Program-made: the position numbers and the translations under genes
Origin: Eledone cirrhosa
Lineage: Eukaryota
Assembly (NCBI GenBank): GCA_964016885.1
Contig: OZ024742.1
Span: 311,860,001 to 311,924,000 of the forward strand
Direction of reading: 5' to 3'
Length of the DNA: 64,000 nucleotides
The notes under the pieces: generated by a model
Seen by the model: only the letters and a program-made list of their open reading frames with translations
What the model was told of the DNA's origin: nothing
The model's database searches: none
In this document: positions 38,822 through 53,643 of the stretch, piece after piece
Position numbering within the stretch: position 1 is the first letter of the stretch
Layout: each line of letters opens with the position of its first letter

Positions 38822-39713
38822 TAAATTGACACAGATTAAATGTTTGATGATTTGCTCCGGCTGTTCAAATATCTCGTGGTCAATACATAAAGTATAAAGT
38901 AACCCAGGATCTGGGAAATGCAGGCTTTGTACCACGTAAAAAGTTATAATTCTACAACGATCGAACACTTCCAATGACTGTCTCAACTCCAAGATGGAAA
39001 TATTTTCAAGTTGCCCTCATTTCGAGAAGTACCTTATTACAAACTGGAAATCCACAACTTCCGAATCACCGACCACCACAGCGAACTGGCTCACTGTTTC
39101 AGGCACCATTTCACCTTTTCTCTGCACTTTACTAAACCTCTTTTCCTCTCTTTCTTCCAACTTTTAAATATTGCACTCCCTCTCTCCTGTATCTTTCTAC
39201 ATATACCTATCGAACTTTTGACCCCGTTTTCTCATTCCGTCCTCTTTCACTCTTGCCTTGCCCATAATTATACATTCTTGTATTGGTGACTCTCATAATC
39301 ATCGTTCGACTGCAGTAGTGGACAGACATATATAATCAGTTATGGTTCCGTAGTCGGATGGTTAACTCTGACCTTTGGTTAGATTTGAATACATTGGCGG
39401 AATATGAACAATCAGAAGGCACAGTCCCGAAACAGATACCAAAGAGCATCACGTACAACGTTCTAACAATATTACTAATCCACCGCCATGAACTGACACT
39501 TTATTTTATTAATCCCAAAAGCATGAAAGGCAAAGTTGATCTCAACCTGATTTCAATTTACTGCACAAAGAGCCAGATAGACAAAGAGGCAAACAGAAAA
39601 AAGATAAACAAAACATTACTTAACTTTTTACTTTAACGGTTGAAACATTGTGATTGAAATAACCAAGAGCGAGCTGAGTAAACGAGTAAATCAGTTTCTA
39701 ATACAGCAGGGGA

Positions 39714-39890
39714 TAGGCAAAATCGGTAGAGCGTCGGCCACTATGCTTTGCGGCATAGAGTTACGGCTCTTTACGTTCCGAGTTCGAATCCCACTGAGGT
39801 TAGCTTTACCTTTCATCCTTACGGTGTCAATAAAATAAAGTACCAGTAACACAAAATTGTTGGTCTTGTGCTTAAGTCAGAAACCATTAT
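39714..39890 (+). mobile_element. tRNA-derived SINE abutting exon acceptor
   Basis: Same family; tail ends ~20 nt before the AG. Confidence 0.8.
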
Positions 39891-39910
39891 TTATCTATTC
39901 CCAATAATAG

Positions 39911-40080
39911 GCGAGGTGAGGCTCTGGACGGCAAAGAAACTGTTGACGGATTTGGTATGATTTGGTTAGATGACGTCAAATGCAAAGGAAATGAAACCTC
40001 CATCGATGAATGTATCCATTTATCATGGGGAGTCAATGATTGTACACACGAAAGCGACGCTGGTGTCCAATGCTACGACC
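39911..40080 (+). CDS. SRCR domain 1, second exon
   Basis: tag| [56 protein letters not shown] |gtaagt; 170 nt, phase 2-1. Confidence 0.93.
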
Positions 40081-40169
40081 GTAAGTTAACAGTTATGGAA
40101 CTTCAATAATGGCGTCTTGGACGTTTCTAGTTTCATCAATTGATTAATGTTTGCAGTGTAAACATCCTT

Positions 40170-40614
40170 TATGTATGTATGTATGTATGTATGTATGTAT
40201 GTATGTATGTATGTATGTTCTTCTTTTTGGTAAATATCATCTTGGTTAAGAGAGTGGGACTGGCTTTGTGCAGTGCCTTTGCTCACTATAAAAGCTTCAC
40301 GGCACAGGCATTGCTTTATATCTGGAGATCTCTCTGCACTTGTCATCACATGGTACCATGGGCCCAGCACTATGTGTCAATAATTGTCACAAGTGTAGTG
40401 TTTGTACCAGAGTTTTCAAGTCGCTGGCTGGACTAAAAAGTTACACTCGTTCAGCGCATCGGTAGGGGTTCTCCTACATGGATATAAAGTAGTGGCCGTA
40501 CTTGAAAACGAGTTGGCAGCCATCATGTATGTATGTATGTATGTATGTATGTATGTATGTATGTATGTATGTATGTATGTATGTATGCATGTATGCATGT
40601 ATGCATGTACGTAC

Positions 40615-40645
<31 letters not shown>

Positions 40646-41175
40646 TGTATGTATGTATGTATGTATGTATGTATGAAAGAACTCATAAGAATCAACGGCC
40701 ATCCAAAAATGTGTAAATATGTATATTCATGTATGCATGTGTATATATGTGTATATGTATATATGTATAAGCATGTATACTTGTGTATGTATATGCGCGG
40801 GGAAATAGAAATAATCGGGCTGGATCCCCGATCGCGCGGTTAAACCACTGGGAGTGAAGGACACCTAGCCTTTATCCGGGCATTCTTCTAGAAGAAGGCA
40901 ACTCAGGAAACTGGGATAACCCTGACATAAAACCTGCGGCTCAGTAGTTACCGATGATGTTGATCTTTTCTTCTTTTCGGATTATAGTTACTGTCGCTCA
41001 GAGAGTGGGATTGGCTCAGTGCACAGTCTTTCCTCACTTTAAAAAAAATCTTCACACACAGGCATTGCACGATAGAATTAATTGATAATTATCAATGATG
41101 TTATATCTTGCAATGGCCATATTTGATAACGTGGGGGAAGCCATGATGTATGTATGAATGTATGTATGTATGTAT
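40170..41175 (+). repeat. Two (ATGT)n-tailed retroposon units; also at 54540-55690
   Basis: Unit A 40217-40525 matches 54644-54952 and 55041-55278. Unit B 40800-41145 matches 55340-55675. Confidence 0.75.
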
Positions 41176-41565
41176 ATTTGTATATATGTATGAGTTTCCT
41201 TTTGCTATAATTTGAGGGATATTTAGGTGCTATTTCTAGCAGTTGACCCACAAGCGCATAGACACCGTCGTTGGCTCATATGAAACCTTATGTGGTTAAA
41301 GTAGTGGACCATAATGCGTATTATGAAATGACGTATTAAACATTTAGAAACAATTTCATTTGTTAGATGCTGCTTGAACAATACTGAATGAGATTAGATA
41401 GCTTGCAATATTGCTCTTAGACTATGTCTTGCTCTTAGACTATGTCTATATATCCAACCTAATTTTACCTTTGACTGATAGGTTCCAAAGTCTAAAGTCT
41501 AAAATCTTGCATAATAATTTTTTCTCCTTTTTAGAGAAAGAGATCTTAACACCTTTACCTAACAT

Positions 41566-41747
41566 TGGATTGGCAATATCGGTAGAGGGTCGGACGCCAT
41601 GCTTTGCAGCAAAGAGTTACGGCCCTTTATTGTCTGAGTTCAAACTCCGCCGAGGTTAACTTTTCCTTTCATCCTTACGGGGTCGATAAAATAAAGTACC
41701 AGTAATATACTGGGATAATTGCTGGCCTTGTGCCAAAAGTAGAAATA
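41566..41747 (+). mobile_element. tRNA-derived SINE
   Basis: Main family match. Confidence 0.85.
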
Positions 41748-41884
41748 CTTATATATTATTTCGAGGTTAATTGCTGCTTTTTTGTTTTACTTTGCATCGT
41801 ACCGGCTTTCCCAAAATAATCATAACCACATATTTCACAATACTTCATAAAAATATCTTTATTTTTGTTGTTTGTAATATACAG

Positions 41885-42029
41885 GTTACCAGTCCGACAT
41901 TCGTCTTATAGATGGTTCTAACATCACTGGAATGGTTCAGGTGAACTTTCTGCGCGAATGGGGAACAATATGTGATGATTCGTGGGGTATTGAAGAGGCT
42001 CGAGTGATTTGCAGGATGCTTGGCTACAG
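41885..42029 (+). CDS. SRCR domain 2, first exon
   Basis: acag| YQSDIRLIDGSNITGMVQVNFLREWGTICDDSWGIEEARVICRMLGY |gtaact; phase 1-2. Confidence 0.93.
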
Positions 42030-42057
42030 GTAACTTCTTCCTATTATTGGAAAGAGC

Positions 42058-42247
42058 GGTGGATTGGCAGTATCGGTAGAGGGTCGGACGCCATGCTTTG
42101 TAGCATGGAGTTATAGCCCTTTATGGTCTGAGTTCAAATCCCGCGGAGGTTAACTTTGCTTTTCGTCCTTACGGAGTCGATAAAATATAGTACCAGTAAT
42201 GCACTGGGGTGATTACTGGTCTTGTGCCAAAAGTAGAAACAATTATT
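42058..42247 (+). mobile_element. tRNA-derived SINE (another at 42633-42814)
   Basis: Main family match. Confidence 0.85.
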
Positions 42248-42438
42248 GGAAATGGATGAATAAAACAACTGCACTACAAACTGCCACTTTTCCTAATAAT
42301 TATCCATTGACCACATGGAACAGGGCGATTTACATTATTTAGTTTAGCTAATAAACATTCATCTCTCTCTCTATATATATATATCTATCTATCGATCTAT
42401 CGATCTATCTATTTACCTACCTACCCATACATACATAC

Positions 42439-42552
<114 letters not shown>

Positions 42553-43324
42553 CAAAACAAAATTTGTTTTCGCACTAGCATGGCGGATACGTAAGTATAT
42601 TCGTGAGTGAATAACAATGATATTATTATTGTTGGCTGTATCGGTAGAGGGTCGGACGCCATGCTTTGACGCATAGAGTTACGGCCCTTGCCATTCTGAG
42701 TTCAAATCCCGCCGAGGTTAACTTTGCCTTTCATCCTTACGGGGTCGATAAAATAAAGTACCAGTAATGTACTGTGTAATTGGTGGCCTTGTGCCAATAG
42801 TAGAAACAATTATTAATATTCGCTTCGTTTGCAAGCAAACAGCCTCATTACGTCATGTGTTGAAGATGACTAACGTCATCCTTTTGTTCCAGCGGTAGCA
42901 GAGAGAGAAAACATTCTACAATAGTTATAGCCCCTTATCAAGATTGTGTAGTTTTCTCCCTTCTGCTACACTCTGGGAGTGTTGAGAATTATTATTCACT
43001 CACGAATGCATTTACGTATCTGCCATTTTAGAGCGAAAACGAATTTCGTTTTTAAATTTCGGCAAAACCAGCTATAAATTCGCTCGTTATGCAAATTAGG
43101 CTAATCAGCCGATGTATACTTTAGAGAATACTATATATTCTCAACGGTTCCAGAGTGTAGCAGAAGGGAGAGAAATACACACTCTCGATAAGGGGCAATA
43201 ACTCCGAAGCAATTGTAGATTGTTTTTCTCTCTGCTACCGCTGGAACAAAAGGATGATATTAGTCGCCTTGAAAAACATGACATAATGAGGTTATTTGCT
43301 TGCAAATGAACTGAATTTTAATAA
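42553..43324. mobile_element. Older fold-back element with degenerate hammerheads
   Basis: 42818-42978 is a diverged inverse of 43148-43320. 42553-42625 is the inverse of 42990-43055. Confidence 0.65.
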
Positions 43325-44603
43325 TCTCTCTCTATATAAGATTCTTTGTCTCTATGTCTGTCTGTTGCTCTGTCTTTTCCCTATGTATTCTCAAATGGCT
43401 CGACCAAATCAAATCAAGTTTTACAAGGTATTAGACCCCGGCATTAACAACATATAATTTTTATTTTCATTTGGATTAAAACAATGTAACATTTTAACTA
43501 AAATATTCTACTATAGTCAACTATAATAAACGGACATTTTGTATATGAGTGTGTACGTGTTTGTGAGTGTGTGTGTGTGTTTACACGTTCGTTATGTACG
43601 TTAAGCCTCAGTAAGTTACATACAGATACATCTTCACGTAAATATTTAATCAGATACACAGAGAATTAAACACACACACACATGTGATGACTGACAAGTA
43701 TATGTGTAAAAGTATATGTGAGAGTGTATGTGTGTGTGAGTATACATACATTTTTGTGACGACTGACATAACCAAACCGGGGGGGGGGGACACTGTGTGT
43801 GTTTGTAAGAATGTATGTCTCTGTGTGTTTTTTATGAGATTGTGTGAGTGTATGTCTGTTCGTGGGCGAAACTATGTGAGTTTATATGAATGTATGTCTC
43901 TGTGTGTGTTTTATAAGTGTATGTTTGTGTGAGTGTATCTGTGTCTGTTCGTGGGTGAAACTCTATGTGTGTGTTTATATGAATGTATGTCTGTGAGTGT
44001 TTTTTATAAGTGTATGTGTGTCTGTTCGTTTATATTTATATTCTCATACCGTTAATAAATTTACTTATATTTTCTTCATTTACACTGCATACAAAAATAA
44101 TACTTAATATATATTTCTTTTGGGTGTTGATACATATTTGTTTACAATATTGAGAAAACATTTCTTTATTCTAAAAATTCCTCTCATGCATGCAGCTGTT
44201 CCATTTGAATTTAAGAGGCTTCAGTTTTCAGTCAAACTAAGTTTTGTTATTTCAATTAACAAATCTCAGGGTCAATCCCTCAAGGTAGTTGGACTTGATC
44301 TCTCTACTATATGTTTCTCCTACGGTCAACTCTATATTGGTTGCTCACGAGTTGGAAGCAGCAACAATTTATTCATTTGGACACCAACAAAACATTACAC
44401 AATGAATATTGTTTACCCCGAGGTGCTTCAAGATTGACAGATTTTCATTTCTAAATTCTATTATCATTACAATTTTGATATTTAAAAAAATAAAATATAG
44501 ATATTTTGAAATAATTATGAGAAAAAATATATCTTTATATTTATTGTTTACTAATCTGAATAAGAATAGCAGTAACCCGGAAAACGCCGGGTTATTCAGC
44601 TAG
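43325..44603 (+). mobile_element. Non-autonomous Helitron retaining PIF1 helicase C-terminus
   Basis: FKRLQF.VKL.F..SINKSQGQSL, F.YGQLY..CSRV, NIVYPEVL. Hairpin cccggaaaacgccggg then CTAG 44600-44603. 5' TC after A. Confidence 0.85.
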
Positions 44604-44866
44604 TATTATAATAATATTATTATTATTATTCACTCACGAATACATTTATATATCTATAACTTTTATAATCTTTTTTCTCTTTCTTCTGGTTTTCTTTCTC
44701 CTTCCTAATTCCCCTACTCTTCTCTCATATTTAATTATTACATTATCTCTCTCTCTCTCCCTCCATCTCTCTATATTTATTACTCCCACTCCTTTCCTTA
44801 GTTATTTGCCTATGTTCTTTGTGCCCTCCGATAGTAGCCTTTGTTCTGTCTCTCCATTCAACATAG

Positions 44867-45033
44867 CGATGGTGTTACATCACCAAGCAGAATTACCGCC
44901 TTCACTGGTAGAATTTGGCTGGACAAGGTTGATTGCAATGGTCAGGAATTGTCACTAACGGATTGTTCACACTACGCTTGGGGCACGGTGACATGTAAAC
45001 ATGGTCAAGAAGCTCGAGTCCGATGTATACATC
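44867..45033 (+). CDS. SRCR domain 2, second exon
   Basis: catag| DGVTSPSRITAFTGRIWLDKVDCNGQELSLTDCSHYAWGTVTCKHGQEARVRCIH |gtgagt; phase 2-1. Confidence 0.92.
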
Positions 45034-45104
45034 GTGAGTATATATTCTCGACATATTGCACACACATGTATATACACACACAACCACGTACGGACATACA
45101 TACT

Positions 45105-45232
<128 letters not shown>

Positions 45233-46356
45233 CGCTATTGGTTCAGGATATATGCCTCTAGCCTTCTGCATGAGCATTCGTAAGGTGGAAGGCTTTTGCG
45301 TTTGTTGGAGATGTACGATTTCATGCTTTTAGTACAAGAGTAGCCCATTTTCACTGTGTGCTGGTTAAATATTTGTGGGTATATGGCCGACAAGGAAATG
45401 TGATTCTAAAAGTGCCAGGAATGTTCTACCTACATCAATCTTCACGTTGAGCGTGAATGGTGGCATGAACCACACAACGCTTTATGCCTAGATTGTTTCT
45501 TTCTAGATATAAGGCGGTGTCTTGGAGAGAAAGAGATTCTCTCGGAGAAGCCGCTGTTGCTTAGGGCTGAGTTGTAGTTGGGAGCAGTCCTGTCGAAAAT
45601 AGCTTTGCCAGAACAGTGGTTGGATTCTTTCTTGCTTATATTATTAATGAGATTTTAAAAAACTATAGCACCAAAAGCTTTCTCTTCAGAAACATCAACT
45701 TTGGGATTTTTCTTTGTCACAACTCTACTACAGTTTAAACATAGATCTCACTGGTGTTGGAGGTAATGTGCTTTTTTTACCTTAAACTAAATAATAATAA
45801 AAATAAAATAATGAAGAAATCAGTATAGTTAAGTTATAAATTTAGCCTCATTTTTTGTTTATTTATCTATCATTTTTGTTCATATTAAGTTTGTCATATT
45901 TGTTAAGATCAGTTTATTCTGTGTCTGTTGTAGAATTAATAGAAGCTGAATTACTTACAGCCTGTTGTTGAAGATTAATTAGAAATAATTTATGAGTAAC
46001 TTAATTTTCAAATATCGTAGTCATTTAAACAGTGCGTTAAACAAGTGAACATTCAATATTCACAACATCTATGTATGCACGAACATATATATATACTGAA
46101 AGATATGTTCATTTCATATCCCTACTCAAGTACAAGCATAAACCTTGAGTGGATGAAAAGAATTTGCTTTTGCAGTATCAAATTCATTCGATGTTAAATA
46201 CGCCCCTTTTATATGGAATTAGATCATGAAAATCCAATAGAGTGCTAAGCTTGTGTGTACTAATTTTGTATAAACCAAGTGCTTACAACAGATGCTTTCA
46301 TTTTTACTGTGGTTGACTTAGACCACTGGTTTTTATCAGCCTTTTCTATCTTTCAG

Positions 46357-46498
46357 ATTACAGTGTCGATGTCCGAATTCCTGAAGACAAGATCAGTGGC
46401 CGTGCTGAGGTGAAATATAACAATATGTGGGGAACTATATGTTCCGATAATTGGGATGACAACGATGCAACAGTCTTCTGTAGAATGATGGGATATGT
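46357..46498 (+). CDS. SRCR domain 3, first exon
   Basis: tttcag| YSVDVRIPEDKISGRAEVKYNNMWGTICSDNWDDNDATVFCRMMGY |gtaaga. Confidence 0.93.
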
Positions 46499-47840
46499 GT
46501 AAGAATGAAAACCCTTTTCGTCCCATAGATTTAAAACAATGATACACATTGAATCTATTTTGAGATAGTATCGAAGTAGTGGTCTACTATGGTTCCCCGC
46601 ATGATACATTTTCCACCTATCCGCCATTTCAGATAGTAAGACAGTTATAATGTACTACTGTACGGTTGAATTCATTTTTATTCAACTATTGCAATCTCTG
46701 CAATGTGATTGAAAGCACTCGATATTGTTCAGTTTTGCGAAACGAATTCGACAACGTCTTAAAACATTTCTTAGAACTTTTACTTGATCTGATTGATCAG
46801 TTTCAGTCTTCTTTTATGGATCTTCAGAGAGAGCAGCAATGACGATCATGATCAGCGAAAGAATCAGTCTGGTAGAAACATCGCCGATCTCGTTGGCCAG
46901 ATCCAAGAACCTCACCTGACCATTCAATCGGTAGCAGTTACAGGCTGTGTATATAAAATGCATAAGTGTAATCAACACAGGCTGATGCCCCACATCCACC
47001 AGGAATATCTCGTTCACATTGTGCGTTACATTCCTCAATTTCAATCACGAGGGGTGGTTCAGAGATTTCTCGACCCCCATAAGCCGAAAAGGTTGTGTGA
47101 GTATCTATAATTCCTGGGTGTAATTTATAAACTGGACAGGAATTGGCTCTCCTACTTTTCATAATGATGAAGTCTTCGGGATTCCCGAACTGAATACGGT
47201 TTACCTGATATTTTTATTCTTTTAAAGACTATATTTTCAACAAATAATATGCAGTTGTTGTTTGTTTTTTAACCAAGTAAGCCAAATCCTACAGAAAATA
47301 GTTTCTTTCTATTAGGTTGATTTTCATTTATGAATATATCATAAATTTGTTTTCATCCCTTATATATCTAAATGTAAATATCTATAGATAATTAGATAAT
47401 GTTATACATATAAACCATTTTGTTGTTAAACAGTTTTATATTTTAAGCGAAACACAAAGATCAGGCACTTGGATTCGCAATCGTGAGGTTGCGAGTTCGA
47501 TTTTCGGACCAGGTGATGCGTTATATCCTTGAGCAAAACATTTTATTTCACATTGCTCTTTCTGCCAAGAGTTGCGATTAGTGGATAGTATCAGCAATGG
47601 AAAGACCAATGGAAACATTGTTTCTTTGGTCCGATTTGACTCGGTAAGCGATTGAGGCCTGGGAACTTGTCGATTGGCAAATATCATGAATAAGTAAAGG
47701 TAATATTTCAATTAAGTATCGAATTGATTCATACTTTTAACCCATAAGTAACTTTTCAGTACTATACAGCTCTCGAGAATATGAAATTATAAGGAAACCT
47801 ATATCTGTTTGTTTAATGACTTTGTTCGTATATTTGGTAG

Positions 47841-48010
47841 GAGTGGATATGCAGTAAGTGGTCAAAGCGTGAGTCCAGGCCAAGGTAAAGTCTGGCTAAC
47901 GGATGTACAATGCAATGGTAGTGAAATATCAGTCAGTGAATGTGACCATTCCCATTGGGGTCTAAACAGTTGTAATCATAATGAGGATGCAGGAGTAAGA
48001 TGTACTCAAG
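47841..48010 (+). CDS. SRCR domain 3, second exon
   Basis: tag| [56 protein letters not shown] |gtaatt; 170 nt. Confidence 0.93.
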
Positions 48011-48030
48011 GTAATTTCCATCTATTGACC

Positions 48031-48087
<57 letters not shown>

Positions 48088-48141
48088 TATTTATTTATTT
48101 ATTTATATATGTATATATTTATTTATTTATATATGTATATA

Positions 48142-48204
<63 letters not shown>

Positions 48205-48211
<7 letters not shown>

Positions 48212-49505
48212 GAAACACACAGATACATGCGGACACACACATATATACATGAATGCATCCGCACCCAACTGTGAGTTAAGGGTGCCAACTTCACCGATGT
48301 TGCTCAATGAATGACTGGGACAGACCAATTCAGTTTGAACCAGACTGAACCAGTATCAGAGTTAAAAATACATTATGAAGAGAGAAGAAACATTTAGATA
48401 TAATTAGTAATAAAATGTATCATACCTAAACTGTTCCTAAATTCCTCGACTACGTAGTTTCGTGGCATAAACAAAAACAATATATCAAAGATATAGAGTC
48501 CTTGCGAGGTCTGCCGACTTATCAAGAGGATACCTCATTTTACTAGTCCCAAGAACGCGTCTACACGACGTGAGAAAGAATCCCAAAAGGCGGAGGGGGA
48601 GATAGTCACGCGATATAACAGTCGAGAAACAGAGCTAAGCCTCTTATAACCACGAAGAAAATACCACGGAGGCGGAGGGGATATTCATATCGAGGCCGTA
48701 GAAGAGGTAGTGAAGAAGGCGAGAAGTATGAGTAATGGAAGCTTTCCAGTTGTCCCCACACCTCAAAGATTGCTCGACCAGAAGGAGTTATTAATATATT
48801 TAGAAACACACAGATACATGCGGACACACACATATATACATGAATGCATCCGCACCCAACTGTGAGTTAAGGGTGCCAACTTCACCGATGTTGCTCAATG
48901 AATGACTGGGACAGACCAATTCAGTTTGAACCAGACTGAACCAGTATCAGAGTTTGGTCTGTCCCAGTCATTCATTGAGCAACATCGGTGAAGTTGGCAC
49001 CCTTAACTCACAGTTGGGTGCGGATGCATTCATGTATATATGTGTGTGTCCGCATGTATCTGTGTGTTTCTAAATATATTAATAACTCCCTCTGGTCGAG
49101 CAATCTTTGAGGTGTGGGGACAACTGGAAAGCTTCCATTACTCATACTTCTCGCCTTCTTCACTACCTCTTCTACGGCCTCGATATGAATACCCCCTCCG
49201 CCTCCGTGGTATTTTCTTCGTGGTTATAAGAGGCTTAGCTCTGTTTCTCGACCGTTATATCGCGTGACTATCTCCCCCTCCGCCTTTTGGGATTCTTTCT
49301 CACGTCGTGTAGACGCGTTCTTGGGACTAGTAAAATGAGGTATCCTCTTGATAAGTCGGCAGACCTCGCAAGGACTCTATATCTTTGATATATTGTTTTT
49401 GTTTATGCCACGAAACTACGTAGTCGAGGAATTTAGGAACAGTTTAGGTATGATACATTTTATTACTAATTATATCTAAATGTTTCTTCTCTCTTCATAA
49501 TGTAT
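48205..49505. mobile_element. 591-bp unit, partial tandem copy and near-perfect inverted copy in (TA)n
   Basis: 48211 repeats at 48802. Inversion junction ~48954. Mirror ORFs 48606-48833(-) and 49040-49267(+). Confidence 0.85.
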
Positions 49506-49575
49506 ATATATATATATATATATATATGGAATGCAGAAAAGTTACACACGGGTTGATATATATATATATATATCT

Positions 49576-51640
49576 CAGGTATAATTCTATCAAGAATCCT
49601 TTTACTAAGTCTACCTAAATCGGACTTCGTAGGGTTAATAAGCCGAATAGAGGGGTTGTTCGGAAAATTGGATTTGTGATCCTTCAGGGTAAAGTGGGAG
49701 AAATAGGGTCCAGAGGTTCGGTCCGGTCCAGGATGTTGAGATCAGAGGTGATTTTAAACCCAGCATCGTTGTTTTCATTAATGACGCACCGATTAGTTTT
49801 ACGGTAATCCTTAGTTACAGCATTATTGACTTATATTCATCATGCAGAAACAACATCTAAATATTTCTACAAAGAACATACCCGTACCAAGCAGGAAAAC
49901 ATACCTAAATCTCCTGATACAGAAAACAGACGCGTTCATTTAAAGGTGCGTTGACTGCCCCCTATCCGGGAAATGCCTCTCTAGTAACATTGTCTACAAA
50001 TGTAAGGTTGAAACATCCACGTCCCGTAGGGCCTACATAGGGTTAACCGCCAATAGATTCAAGCAGCGTGTTTACATGCATACCCATTCTTTTCGTTACC
50101 CTCTAAGAAGGAATATGACGTCACTTTCAGCTTATAACTGGAGTCTAAAAGACAACCACACCCAATATAAGTTACACTGGGAGATCCTAGCTAGGGCTTG
50201 ATCGTATAACGGAAATAAAAGACCATGTGACCTCTGCGCCGCTGAGGCCCTGGAAATACTCTACGCCACAGGCCACATCTTAAACAAAAAATCTGAGGCA
50301 ATTTCGGCTTGTAAACATAAATTGCACAAAACTTTCCTGTATTACAGCCCCACATTATACCCTAAGGGATAGTACGATCTATACGCGGATATTTTACGTC
50401 TTGATGTGGTAGCTAAGTATATGTACCATTACTTATTTGCATAGGTAAGTATATATTACCTGTATGTTTTGTGAAGGTACGTATACCTTCTCGTACGTAT
50501 ATTTGATTGTATATGTTATGGCGTATATATTATATATTCTGGTACATATGCTTTTGGTTATGTGTATACGTGAGTTTTGCGTCTGTGTGAGTATGCGGGT
50601 TCGTACGTATGTAGGGTGTGTGTATATGTGTACTTGGTGTTTTGGTTGACGTACGTCTCTGAACATATGTGTATTTACATGTAGGTATGTGTGTGCGCTT
50701 GTTATATACGTATTTATTTATTTATATAAGTTTATTTAATTATTTATATACATGCACACACACACACACATATTTATATGTGCGTGTATTTGTATACCTA
50801 TGGCGAGTGTTTTCGCGTATGCTTGTGTATGTACGTATATGGATGCGTGTATGTATTTATTTAATTTCAATTACCTCTGTATTTTATTTACTTTATTCTT
50901 AACTCTGAAGCCGGGAATCATTCGGTTTCCTAGTTAGAATTTTAGTCTACGACTTCAGTTATACCATTTACGTGGTTTTGTCTTTGCGTGCAATTGTTCT
51001 CCACGCTCCACATATGACGAATTATTTTCGTTTTTTCCGTTCATTGCCAGAGAACGTCTCTATGAACCACCTAAGAGAATATTAGTCTACGACTTCTTTT
51101 ATACCATAAACGTGGTTTTGTCTTTGCGTGTAATTGTTTTTCACTGCTCCAAATAATTGTTTCTACTTTAGGCACAAGGCCAGCAATTACCCAGTGCATT
51201 ACTGGTTCTTTATTTTATCGACCCCGTAAGGATGAAAGGCAAAGTCAACCTCGGCGAGATTTGAACTCAGATCGTAAAGGGACGTAACTATGCTGGAAAG
51301 CATGGCGTCCGACACTCTACCGATACTGCCAATCCACCGCTCCAAATAATGATGTATTATATTCGTTTTTTTCCCGTTCTTTGCCAGGGAACGTTTCCAC
51401 GAACCAAAGTATCGTCTTCCTGTCTTCCTCCCGTTGCAACGTTTTTTGAAATATTCACTTCTGCGTTCACAGATTGACTTTGTTAGTTTCAGAAGATCCC
51501 GTTAAGGGTGAAAGCAGCGATTATTTGCTTAAACTTTAATCTGTTATATTTGCTCTACGGTTCTTATATATTTGATATATATTTATCCTTATCGAGCCCT
51601 CTTTGGATTTTAGTCTTCAAATTTATTATTATTACTATAT
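49576..51640 (+). mobile_element. Second Penelope-like copy: inverted 5' piece, GIY-YIG remnant, 3' region (interrupted by SINE 51155-51338, minus strand)
   Basis: 49578-49826 is the inverse of ~16020-16275. 49950-50360 matches 17322-17730. Confidence 0.85.
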
Positions 51641-51825
51641 ATAGATATATATATATTTATATATATATATTTATATATGTTTATATATATACATATATGT
51701 GTTTCTATATATATATATATTTATATATATACATATATATGTTTCTATATATATAAATATATATATATATATTTATATATATGTATATATATAAATATAT
51801 ATATTTATATATATATTTATATATA

Positions 51826-51888
<63 letters not shown>

Positions 51889-52039
51889 TTATATATATAT
51901 ACATGTATATATATAAACATATATATATTTAACGAAGGAGTTGTGGTAAGGAACCAGAAATAGCCGTCGAAACGGCTTGACTCTGCCGTCGGGGTCATAC
52001 ACTTTCCTATATATATATATAAATATATATATAGGAAAG

Positions 52040-52164
<125 letters not shown>

Positions 52165-52670
52165 TTAATATAGATGAGATTTTACAGGACTAGAACTGTT
52201 TCATTCTTTAGAAATCATCAGGAATTTGGGTATCATAAATAAATATGGTATTTATAGGTCTCTTCAGAGGTCATTGGTTGATAGAAATTCATTAAAAGCT
52301 AATTTTTTAAAGCTATAATTTATATTTAGAGTAACAAAGGCAGAAAGAATTCTATAAACAAGTTCAGAATGGGGTGTCACTCCTTATTTTTAAGTTTCTC
52401 TTAAGCTAACAATGCCTATATTTCAGGTGTCTATAAGATGGTTGGGGGTCGGTCATGGTTGATGGATTTAAATAAAAGGGATATTCTTTAAAAGCTAATT
52501 CTTTAAGGTTCTACTGAGAGTGACAAAGGCCTAGAGAATTCTATAGACCAGTTCAAAATATTGAGTGCCTATCATACCATTATCTTCAAGTTTCTCTTAA
52601 GCTATATTTCAAATGTCAACAGACACATTCACAAACACACATACACACAGACACACGCCCCCCCCCCCCC

Positions 52671-52771
<101 letters not shown>

Positions 52772-53200
52772 AATTAATATCTAGTAACATATATATACAT
52801 ACAGATGCATATCAATGCTAGCAAATATATAGGTTTTGTCTTAGTAACTTTGTGGTTCAATGCATGGGGTTGCAGAACAATAATATGAGAGACGTAAAAT
52901 AAGAAAATTATAAAATTAACTTACTTACTAAAATATTACTTCCAACTAATTAGTTTCTGAAATGGAATAAATATATTTTCCGAAGAAAACACAGAGAATC
53001 ATTTCGTCGTCAGGGAAGACTATTCTCATCTAAGTATCCAGGCAAAGCGTGGACTCTGGAAACTTATTCAAAAATAATTCCGAGGATAGAAAATAGCAAA
53101 GCGTGGACTGAATTCCTAGCCATATATATATATTTATATATATATGCATGTATATATATATTTATATATATATGCATGTATATATATATATATATATATA

Positions 53201-53291
<91 letters not shown>

Positions 53292-53533
53292 CTGGCGTGG
53301 GATGCTTAAAGCGTCCGTAAGCGGTAGGCAGTTTGAGCACTCGATGCTCTTCCATCTGAGGATCTTACGATTTCAGAGTCAGGTTCGATCATTTCATCGA
53401 TGGTGCCTCGAGCTTGTCGCCAGAGAAATGATTGTAATATGTCTAATAAATTTTATTCGTCGCAACACTGATTCTCCGTTTCTTACCCAACGATAATCCA
53501 TATATATATATATACAGTATATATATATATACA

Positions 53534-53596
<63 letters not shown>

Positions 53597-53643
53597 CATA
53601 TGCATATATCGTGAAATTTGTTTACCAGAAATTTGTTTTCCAG

